64,000 nt of DNA from Patescibacteria group bacterium (GTDB lineage: Bacteria > Patescibacteriota > Patescibacteriia > S139-126 > S139-133), in assembly GCA_049604715.1 (NCBI GenBank), contig JBMYTV010000001.1, positions 91,610 to 155,609 of the forward strand, read 5' to 3'. Each line of letters begins with the position of its first letter. Positions within the stretch are counted from its first letter, which is position 1. Under the pieces are notes generated by a model. That model saw only the letters and a program-made list of their open reading frames with translations. It ran no database searches and was not told the DNA's origin. Both the position numbers and the translations under genes were made by a program. Shown here one piece after another: positions 45,907 through 53,318 of this stretch.

Positions 45907-45983
45907 TGGTGGCGGGGGTGGGATTTGAACCCACGACCTCCAGGTTATGGGCCTGGCGAGCTGCCGGACTGCTCTACCCCGCG
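45907..45983 (-). tRNA. tRNA-Met (anticodon CAT)
   Basis: Manual fold: D-arm GAGC/GCTC. Anticodon stem CCAGG/CCTGG with loop CCCATAA. T-arm GTGGG-TTCAAAT-CCCAC. Encoded CCA. 77 nt. First acceptor pair appears to be C:C in my fold. Confidence 0.8.
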
Positions 45984-46023
45984 TCGATCGTAGTATCCAC
46001 TATAGCTTGATTTTTAGCATATG

Positions 46024-47034
46024 TCAAGCTGTCTTAGCGTAAAATTGGTCAGATTCTTCTTTGAGTGGTTTCCACCATGATTCATTTTCTTTGTACCAGA
46101 TAATAGTTTTTTCAAGCCAGTCAGCTGTATTATGTAGTGGTTCCCAGCCTAAGTCCTTTTTGATAAGACTCCAATCAACAGCATAGCGTCTGTCATGACC
46201 AGCGCGATCTCGTACAGTCTCAAGCCAAGATTCGTCGTACCCAAAGTGTTCAAGCACCATAAGCGCTAAGTCCTTGTTAGACGTGTCTTCAGTTGACCCT
46301 CCGACGCAGTATGTTTTTCCTAAAGTGTCTTGATTTTGCACAATGAGATCAATAGCACGGCAGTGATCATCAACATATAGCCAATCTCTGACATAGAGAC
46401 CATCTCCATAGATTGGAATTTTTTCACCATGCATAACATTTGTAATCATGCGGGGTAGGAATTTCTCAGGGTATTGGTAAGGGCCATAGTTGTTTGAGCA
46501 GTTAGTTATAGAGAAGGGTAGGTCAAATGATTCACCAAACGCTCTTACAAGATGATCAGCAGCAGCCTTGCTGGCTGAGTACGGGCTACGTGGATCATAG
46601 GGGGTGTTTTCTGAAAACTTTTCTTGATCACCAAGTTTTAGTGAGCCAAATACTTCATCAGTGGAGATATGGTGAAATCGTTGTATACCGTGATCACGCG
46701 CAGCTTCAAGTAGGTTGTGTGTTCCTAGTATGTTTGTCTCCAAAAAAACATGGGAGTTATCAAGAGAGCGATCAACATGTGTCTCGGCTGCAAAATGAAC
46801 AAGCATATCAGGTTTTACTTTTTCAAAAATGGCATACACTCCCGTTTTGTCATTTATTGATTGCTCAATGAAGGTCACATTTCCAGCATCAATTTCATTT
46901 TGAATATTGGCCTTATTACCTGCGTAGGTGAGTGAGTCGATGACTGTAAGATTATCATCTGGATGATTTGCGCGCCAATAGTGGACGAAGTTTGATCCTA
47001 TAAAGCCCGCCCCTCCGGTAATAAGAATATTCAT
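46024..47034 (-). CDS. rfbB: dTDP-glucose 4,6-dehydratase
   Basis: MNILITGGAGFIGSNF. Catalytic YSASKAAAD (YxxxK). 336 aa. Confidence 0.9.
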   Translation of the reverse strand: MNILITGGAGFIGSNFVHYWRANHPDDNLTVIDSLTYAGNKANIQNEIDAGNVTFIEQSINDKTGVYAIFEKVKPDMLVHFAAETHVDRSLDNSHVFLETNILGTHNLLEAARDHGIQRFHHISTDEVFGSLKLGDQEKFSENTPYDPRSPYSASKAAADHLVRAFGESFDLPFSITNCSNNYGPYQYPEKFLPRMITNVMHGEKIPIYGDGLYVRDWLYVDDHCRAIDLIVQNQDTLGKTYCVGGSTEDTSNKDLALMVLEHFGYDESWLETVRDRAGHDRRYAVDWSLIKKDLGWEPLHNTADWLEKTIIWYKENESWWKPLKEESDQFYAKTA

Positions 47035-47525
47035 AGTAGTTGTTTTAAATAATGAGTGATGAAGTCTGCATGCATTGTACCAAAAAATAGAAAATCATTC
47101 AGCTCTATAAAAACTCGTCTTGTTGCTGGATAAAAATGTAGTGTAGTCGAGGAGTTTTGTTGTGAGATGTGAGATTCTTGTATTGTATTTGAAACAAATG
47201 TTTCTTTAAGATCATGACCATGCAATATAATAACAGAGTCTTGTAGCGATGCAGTTGCTTCATAGCACATGAGTTTTTGTTTGTGACATAGGTTGCCGAC
47301 AATAGGAATGTTTACTTGTAGGCTACATATATTATCTTTTTTGATTTTGGTAAAAGCATCACCACAACCAGAGTTCTTGTATGTATACAGAATTTGCTTG
47401 GTAGTGTCTGATATGCATGTTTCGCGAACTATGGTTGGTGTGCATACTCTTGCTAGGGTTGTATTTGGTAATAGTAAAAAAATGCCGTACACGACGACAT
47501 ACAAGTAAATATTCTCCCTCCTCAT
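47031..47525 (-). CDS. hypothetical Cys-rich secreted protein
   Basis: Signal peptide. 8 Cys. Stop overlaps the rfbB start (ATGA). 164 aa. Confidence 0.5.
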   Translation of the reverse strand: MRRENIYLYVVVYGIFLLLPNTTLARVCTPTIVRETCISDTTKQILYTYKNSGCGDAFTKIKKDNICSLQVNIPIVGNLCHKQKLMCYEATASLQDSVIILHGHDLKETFVSNTIQESHISQQNSSTTLHFYPATRRVFIELNDFLFFGTMHADFITHYLKQLL

Positions 47526-47646
47526 ATGTGTTTGATTAATGTTAAAAATACATTACCACATGACGTATATTTAGCAAGATTGCATTGACACTCCAAGGGT
47601 GGTATAGTATGGTAATAATTGCTATTTTAAGCAAATATACATTTTT

Positions 47647-47734
47647 GCCGCGGTGGCGGAACTGGTAGACGCGCGGGACTCAAAATCCCGTATGCTTTTC
47701 GCATGTGAGAGTTCGATTCTCTCCCGCGGCACCA
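47647..47734 (+). tRNA. tRNA-Leu (anticodon CAA)
   Basis: Acceptor GCCGCGG/CCGCGGC. Anticodon stem CGGGA/TCCCG with loop CTCAAAA. Long variable arm TATGCTTTTCGCATGTG. T-arm GAGAG-TTCGATT-CTCTC. CCA encoded. 88 nt. Confidence 0.85.
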
Positions 47735-47737
47735 TAC

Positions 47738-47814
47738 GGCAGGGTAGCTCAGGTGGTTAGAGCGAGGGAATCATAACCCCTAGGTCGTGGGTTCAAGTCC
47801 CACCCCTGTCACCA
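47738..47814 (+). tRNA. tRNA with CAT anticodon (Met or lysidine-modified Ile2)
   Basis: GGCAGGG acceptor. D-arm GCTC/GAGC. Anticodon loop ATCATAA. T-arm GTGGG-TTCAAGT-CCCAC. CCA encoded. 77 nt. G1:C72 is paired, so not an initiator by that criterion. Confidence 0.8.
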
Positions 47815-47843
47815 AAAACTCACTTTTTTAAAGTGAGTTTTTG
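47814..47843 (+). terminator. rho-independent terminator after the tRNA pair
   Basis: aaactcacttt-ttt-aaagtgagttt followed by tt. Confidence 0.75.
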
Positions 47844-47912
47844 ATTGGATTTGGCTAATTATAGCAGTAAAATATTCAAAAAGTAGGTATCCAGGTTTAT
47901 TGTAAAAAATCC

Positions 47913-47940
47913 TTGACAAATTTTGATATACTTGTATAAT
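47913..47940 (+). promoter_or_regulatory. consensus sigma70-type promoter (TTGACA-N16-TATAAT) with no downstream long ORF
   Basis: TTGACA at 47913-47918 and TATAAT at 47935-47940. Confidence 0.55.
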
Positions 47941-48156
47941 ATATGTACAAGTTTAGACAACGCGTATCCCTGTGTTATTAATTAGAAAAAGAGTAATATA
48001 TGTTACTTTGTTTACCACATTCAATTAAAAACAACCAACGCGTTGTGAACAAAGCGGTTAGCCGACAGGCTATAGGTTGTTTTGCTTTTTCAGGAAATAA
48101 CGGTTGATTTCACACTCCGATATTTGTTCACGCAATCTAGTATCCCTCCATGCATT

Positions 48157-48188
48157 AGCACGTTAGTACGTGCTATTTATTTTTTTTC
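48157..48188 (+). terminator. plus-strand rho-independent terminator
   Basis: agcacgt-tagt-acgtgct followed by atttattttttttc. The U-tract exists only on the plus strand, although the stem overlaps the stop of the minus-strand trmB-like gene. Confidence 0.6.
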
Positions 48189-48940
48189 AGTTCCTCTTTT
48201 AAATTTGAAATTAGAGTTCGAATTGAGTTAGCAATATGTTGGTTCTTGATGATAAAAGACTTCACATCATCGTCGATAAATGAAAAACATACCTTATCAT
48301 CATAAACGTCTATTTCAGCAGTAGGGAGGGCTACTTGATCTTTACTTAGCTTAACCTCATTTGTTTCAATAGTTGACTTACTACCTTCTTCCTTGGCTGT
48401 ATAGATGACCTCAAAGTTAATATTATTCTTTTCAAATAGTTTTTTGTGGTCTATCTTATCTTTACTTTTGTTATATACAAGTAGATCACGGTCATAAAAT
48501 TCATAGACTGTTTTGTTTTGTGCTGCTGCAATTTGTTGAGCAATGATGTTTGAACCTTCTTTGCCTTTATAAAATTCTAAACCAATTTCACTGTCTGTAC
48601 TAATGTTGGTTTTTGTCTCCAAGATTTGATCAATAGACTTTGCTAAGTCAATCTTTTTGTTGTTCTCTTTGACACTTTTTTCAGCAAGGTTCTTAACATA
48701 CTCTACAAGATTGTCACTGTCTTCTGGAAAATAAAATGTTGATTTGCCATATGTGCCAATACGAATAAGTGCTTTGTGAACAAGACTATCAAGAATTTTT
48801 TTTGCAGCTGGATGAGTAACATCAAGATGACGTGCAATTTCTGATGCTTTAGCCTTATAATTCTCAGTTAAGTAAATATATGTCTCAGCTTCATTGTTAG
48901 TTAGACCGAGTTGTACCAAATTATCCTTTAACATAGCCAA
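48173..48940 (-). CDS. TrmB-family transcriptional regulator
   Basis: N-terminal winged HTH LVQLGLTNNEAETYIYLTENYKAKASEIARHLDVTHPAAKKILDSLVHKALI. C-terminal TrmB-like effector domain. 255 aa. Very AT-rich. Confidence 0.7.
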   Translation of the reverse strand: MAMLKDNLVQLGLTNNEAETYIYLTENYKAKASEIARHLDVTHPAAKKILDSLVHKALIRIGTYGKSTFYFPEDSDNLVEYVKNLAEKSVKENNKKIDLAKSIDQILETKTNISTDSEIGLEFYKGKEGSNIIAQQIAAAQNKTVYEFYDRDLLVYNKSKDKIDHKKLFEKNNINFEVIYTAKEEGSKSTIETNEVKLSKDQVALPTAEIDVYDDKVCFSFIDDDVKSFIIKNQHIANSIRTLISNLKEELKKNK

Positions 48941-49148
48941 ATAAAATTAAACCTCATTAAACAACTATACTTAATTAATTTAATCGAGTTAAGTATAGCA
49001 TATATTTATCATAGCTGTTTAGGGAAGTCAAATGACATTTTCTCTTTCTGTGGATAAGTTTGTGGCACTTTGGTTCATTTTACTATTTTAGTTACATACG
49101 TAATAACTTTCTATTATTTTTTCCTTAAAATAAGGTAAAAAAAGGTAA

Positions 49149-49176
49149 CTTGACGAATTTAATAATAGGAATATAA
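49149..49176 (+). promoter_or_regulatory. near-consensus sigma70-type promoter (TTGACG-N16-TATAAT)
   Basis: TTGACG at 49149-49154 and TATAAT at 49171-49176. Confidence 0.55.
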
Positions 49177-49293
49177 TAGTAAGTGAAGATAATCTACGAT
49201 TTATGCAGAAAGCAACCGTTACAAAACATTTCGCAACAAACATGTTGTTTTGCTGCACAAATCCAGGGCCAGTATTAATCAGTTAGCACATAA

Positions 49294-49320
49294 AACCAGA
49301 GAGTCTCTCTGGATTTTTTG
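49294..49320 (+). terminator. rho-independent terminator/attenuator in the leader upstream of the GreA_C-like ORF
   Basis: ccagagag-t-ctctctgg followed by attttttg. Ends 20 nt before the ATG at 49341. Confidence 0.65.
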
Positions 49321-49340
49321 TGCCTTAAACAAGCGTACAT

Positions 49341-49562
49341 ATGCAGTATGCAAATGCAGGGTCAAAAGTCACAGTCAAGCTCAATGGTATTGAGCAGGAT
49401 TTGACGATTGTTGACCCTGAGTCAATTGACCCAAATAGCGGCTGCATTTCTTTTAATTCACCAATTGCGCAAGCTCTTATTGGGACAGAGCCTGGTGATA
49501 CTCGAGAAATTGATTTGCCAAACGGCAATCATGTGAGTCTCGAGATAGTTTCTGTCATATAG
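49341..49562 (+). CDS. GreA/GreB C-terminal (FKBP-like) domain-only protein
   Basis: 73 aa. DPNSGCISFNSPIAQALIGTEPGDTREIDLPNGNHVSLEIVSV parallels the GreA C-terminal domain ...DPSNGKISISSPLARALIGK.VGD.VEV..P.G...EILEV. No N-terminal coiled-coil domain is encoded upstream. Confidence 0.6.
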   Translation: MQYANAGSKVTVKLNGIEQDLTIVDPESIDPNSGCISFNSPIAQALIGTEPGDTREIDLPNGNHVSLEIVSVI

Positions 49563-49661
49563 TCTTGAGAAAGTTCTTTATGTGAAGACCCTTCGTTTTG
49601 AGAATGGGTTTTTTATTTTTGTGAGTACTTTTGTCATTTGGTATAATACAGGTATAAATAT

Positions 49662-50423
49662 ATGGGTACTATAATAGCACTAGTTAATCAAAAGGGTGGT
49701 GTAGGCAAGACCACAACAGCTGTGAACTTAGCAGCTTTTTTGGCGCGGTCTGATAAGCGAGTGCTTATTGTTGACCTTGATCCACAAGCAAATGCATCAT
49801 CGGGTCTAGGTGTAAAGTTATCTGATGACGATCCGCACATTTATCATGCCATGCTCGAGCCAGGGCAGTCATCAAGTAGTGTGAAGTCAACTGCTGTGGA
49901 TAGTTTGCATGCTATGCCGTCACACCGTGATTTAGCAGGTGCTGCGGTTGAGTTGGTGAGTGTTGAAGAGCGTGAGTATCGTTTGCGTAAGGCACTTGAT
50001 GCTCTGCGTCCAATGTATGATTACATTATTATTGATTGTCCGCCTTCACTTGGTTTATTGACGATCAACGGGCTTGTAGCTGCAGATCACATTATCATCC
50101 CAGTACAGGCAGAGTATTATGCTCTTGAAGGGCTAGGGCAGCTACTTCACACAATTCAGTTAATACAAACACACCTGCATCCGGAGTTAAATATTCTTGG
50201 CGCTGTTATCACTATGTATGATCAGCGCAACAAACTATCTCAGTCAGTCATGCAAGAGCTATACGGTTACTTTCCAAATAGGATTTTCCGTAGTGTAATT
50301 CCGCGTAATGTCAGACTTGCTGAAGCGCCGTCATATGGACAGGCTATTGCAGATTATGATCCGGGTAGCAAAGGAGCTAAAGCATATGAGCGTTTAGCTC
50401 GAGAGTTGTTAACGCGTTTTTAG
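49662..50423 (+). CDS. parA: chromosome partitioning ATPase ParA/Soj
   Basis: Deviant Walker A NQKGGVGKTTTAVNLAAFLA. 253 aa. Confidence 0.9.
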   Translation: MGTIIALVNQKGGVGKTTTAVNLAAFLARSDKRVLIVDLDPQANASSGLGVKLSDDDPHIYHAMLEPGQSSSSVKSTAVDSLHAMPSHRDLAGAAVELVSVEEREYRLRKALDALRPMYDYIIIDCPPSLGLLTINGLVAADHIIIPVQAEYYALEGLGQLLHTIQLIQTHLHPELNILGAVITMYDQRNKLSQSVMQELYGYFPNRIFRSVIPRNVRLAEAPSYGQAIADYDPGSKGAKAYERLARELLTRF

Positions 50424-50464
50424 CAGTGTATACTAAGATATAACAAGTAAAAGCATATCCCTAC

Positions 50465-51442
50465 ATGCCACAAACAGGACTTGGTCGAGGCCTTGCGTCA
50501 CTTATCCCTGATGCGCCTAAGCCAGAAAAAAAAGAACAAAAGATTGCAGACCGCGCGAGTAAGGCGTGGGGCGGTGTTAATGTGCCAGTAAGTACAGGAG
50601 ATAGTGACACGGCAACTACAAAAGCAGAGAGTAAAGAGGTTCAGGCACCGAGTAAAAATCAAGTTGTTGACATTCCTGTTGAGTTGATTGACGCAAATCC
50701 GTACCAGCCGCGTAAAACATTTGAAGAGCAAGCACTTGATGACTTGGTGGCATCTATTAGTACACATGGAATTCTTCAGCCACTTGTTGTTGTTACGCGA
50801 GGTGATCGCTTTGAGCTTATTGCTGGTGAGCGGCGTTTTCGTGCAGCGCAAAAGGCAGAACTTACACATGTCCCGGTCATTACTCGCGATGTGCCTGAGC
50901 AAGAGCAACTCGAGCTTTCATTGATTGAAAATATTCAGCGACAGAATCTTAATCCAATAGAAGAAGCAGAGAGTTTCACTCAGCTTGGTGACGAGTTTTC
51001 ACTGTCGCAAGAAGAAATAGCAAAAAGAGTAGGCAAGTCACGATCTAGTGTTGCTAACACAATGAGGCTTTTACAATTACCACAAGAGGTAAAGCAATAC
51101 GTAAGGGATGGTAAGCTAACAGAAGGTCATGCAAAGGTTTTGCTTGAGCTAGATTCAGAAGCAAAACAAGTGGCGCTAGCAAAGAAGATCATCAGGCAGC
51201 AATTAACAGTCCGTGATACCACCGCAACAGTGAAGGAGGTTACAGGTAAGTCATCACCACAAAAAAAGAGCGCGACTGATGGTCGGCTCCATGCATGGGA
51301 GCAAAAGTTACAAGCACTTTACGGAACAAAGGCTCATATCAAGGATACAAAAGGAAAGGGTAGGGTTGAACTTGAGTATTTTTCAAATGAAGAGCTAATG
51401 GCGCTTCTTGATAAGCTTACGAGTGTTGATGATTTGAGTTAG
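50465..51442 (+). CDS. parB: chromosome partitioning protein ParB/Spo0J
   Basis: GLGRGLASLIP N-terminus. ParB box LELIAGERRFRAAQKAELTHVPV. HTH SQEEIAKRVGKSRSSVANTMRLL. 325 aa. Confidence 0.9.
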   Translation: MPQTGLGRGLASLIPDAPKPEKKEQKIADRASKAWGGVNVPVSTGDSDTATTKAESKEVQAPSKNQVVDIPVELIDANPYQPRKTFEEQALDDLVASISTHGILQPLVVVTRGDRFELIAGERRFRAAQKAELTHVPVITRDVPEQEQLELSLIENIQRQNLNPIEEAESFTQLGDEFSLSQEEIAKRVGKSRSSVANTMRLLQLPQEVKQYVRDGKLTEGHAKVLLELDSEAKQVALAKKIIRQQLTVRDTTATVKEVTGKSSPQKKSATDGRLHAWEQKLQALYGTKAHIKDTKGKGRVELEYFSNEELMALLDKLTSVDDLS

Positions 51443-52941
51443 CTTTTATTAAACCCAGGAAAGTTAAATATTCCGCGTGAAGATTTTCTGATCGCGGTTT
51501 TTATGTGATCGCGAGCAGAGCGAGTTTTCACAAAATCAAGCCAGTCTTTTGAGGGGCTTTTTCTATTTTTATCAACTATAATTTCTACAACATCACCACT
51601 TTGTAGGTGTGTATCAAGGCCTGCGATATTGTCATTTATTTTTGCGCCACCGCAGTGGTTGCCAAGGTATGTATGCACATGATAAGCAAAGTCGACAGGG
51701 GTGGCTTCTTCAGGTAGCTCAATAACGTCACCTCGAGGTGTAAAGATAAAAATTCGGTCAGTAAAGAAATCAAGCTTAATCTCTTTTAGATACTCTTCTG
51801 TTGCGCCAGTTCTTTTTTGTATATGCGCAAGCTCTTCGATCCATTTCTTTTGTTCTGGAGGGAGCTGGATAGATCCTGAGCGCTTATAGTGCCAATGAGC
51901 CGCTACACCATACTCAGCCTGTTCATGCATTTCTTGAGTTCTGATTTGGATTTCAACTATTTGTCCGTTGTCAGCGAATACAGTTGTATGAAGTGACTTA
52001 TAACCATTTGGTTTTGGCACTGAAATATAGTCTTTGATTCGTCCAGGCATAGGACGCCAAATACTATGCAGCACTCCCATTGATTTATAACAATCAGCAA
52101 TTGAAGGTACAATAATCCGAAGCGCAATAACATCATAGATGTTATTGATATCTCTATTTTTCCGAAGTAGTTTTTTGTACAGACTGTAAACCATTTTCTG
52201 TCTACCAACCACAACAAATGTTTCAATGTCATGTAGGTGTAGTTCTTTGAGAATGCGTTTCTTGATATTTTCTAGGTTCTTGAGCAAGATTCTTTCTGGT
52301 TCTTTACGGAGTGATATAACCCAGTCGTATTCTTTTGGGGACAGCACACGAAATGATGCGTCTTCCAGCTGATGTCTAATTTCATTCATACCAAGTCTGT
52401 TTGCAATAGCAGCGTAAATTTCCAAACTTTCCAGTGCAATACGTCTTTGTTTTTCTGGTGGTAGGAATTGGAGCGTCTGTAGATTATGAAGGCGATCAGC
52501 AAATTTGATAAAAATTACACGAATATCATCAGCCATCGCTAAGAACATTTTACGAAGATTTTCTGCATAGCGTTCAAGTCCACGATATTTCAGTGTACCT
52601 AGTTTTGTTACTCCTTGTACAAGATGTGTAATTTCGCGACCAAAGTTTTTTTCTACGTCTTCAAATGTTCGTTCTGTATCTTCTGGAACATCATGTAGAA
52701 TACCTGCAATAACCATGGTGACGTCCATTTTTAGCCTAGCGAGATTATACGCAGTGTGAAGTGAGTGAATGATATATGGATCACCTGAAGCCCTTTTTTG
52801 GCCGCGGTGAGCTTCCTCAGCAAATTCATACGCAAGCATCAATAAATCAGTGTCAGCATCTGGCTCATACTCCTGAACTTTTTCGATCACATCGTCAATT
52901 GTGATTTGGCTGATTTGGATTTTCTTAATCAATGGCTTCAT
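51439..52941 (-). CDS. rel: (p)ppGpp synthetase/hydrolase, RelA/SpoT family (short form ending after the TGS region)
   Basis: HD domain (HSLHTAYNLA...ILHDVPEDT). Synthetase domain (..YKSLHTTV..). TGS-like IFIFTPRGDVIELPEEATPVDFAYHVHTYLG. 500 aa. No ACT/RRM C-terminal part. Confidence 0.9.
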   Translation of the reverse strand: MKPLIKKIQISQITIDDVIEKVQEYEPDADTDLLMLAYEFAEEAHRGQKRASGDPYIIHSLHTAYNLARLKMDVTMVIAGILHDVPEDTERTFEDVEKNFGREITHLVQGVTKLGTLKYRGLERYAENLRKMFLAMADDIRVIFIKFADRLHNLQTLQFLPPEKQRRIALESLEIYAAIANRLGMNEIRHQLEDASFRVLSPKEYDWVISLRKEPERILLKNLENIKKRILKELHLHDIETFVVVGRQKMVYSLYKKLLRKNRDINNIYDVIALRIIVPSIADCYKSMGVLHSIWRPMPGRIKDYISVPKPNGYKSLHTTVFADNGQIVEIQIRTQEMHEQAEYGVAAHWHYKRSGSIQLPPEQKKWIEELAHIQKRTGATEEYLKEIKLDFFTDRIFIFTPRGDVIELPEEATPVDFAYHVHTYLGNHCGGAKINDNIAGLDTHLQSGDVVEIIVDKNRKSPSKDWLDFVKTRSARDHIKTAIRKSSRGIFNFPGFNKS

Positions 52942-53027
52942 ATACTATAGTGTAGTCATAAATAGTCTCATAATGCAATAAACCCCCGAATATGTCGGAG
53001 GTTTAGTGTGTGGGGTAAAAATGAGAG

Positions 53028-53261
53028 TTATTTTGTAACAAGTTCTCTGAGGTCATACTGCTTGCCTTCAGCTTGCCATTTTTGCAGGGTCTTGAGCGCT
53101 TTTGCAGAAAGTGTAACTTTCATAATTTCTCCTGTAGCAGGATTAAGCAATCGTTTGGTTTGCAAATTTGGCTTGAACTTACGTTTAGTTTTGTTCTGTG
53201 CGTGACTGACGTTATGACCGCTCTGTGCTTTTTTACCTGTGATTTCGCATTTCTTTGCCAT
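53028..53261 (-). CDS. rpmB: 50S ribosomal protein L28
   Basis: MAKKCEITGKKAQSGHNVSHAQNKTKRKFKPNLQ matches the L28 N-terminus. 77 aa. Confidence 0.9.
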   Translation of the reverse strand: MAKKCEITGKKAQSGHNVSHAQNKTKRKFKPNLQTKRLLNPATGEIMKVTLSAKALKTLQKWQAEGKQYDLRELVTK

Positions 53262-53318
53262 ATGTGTGTGATTAATACGTACGATAAACTTTACTATACA
53301 TACTGTGCTTTGTCAAGG

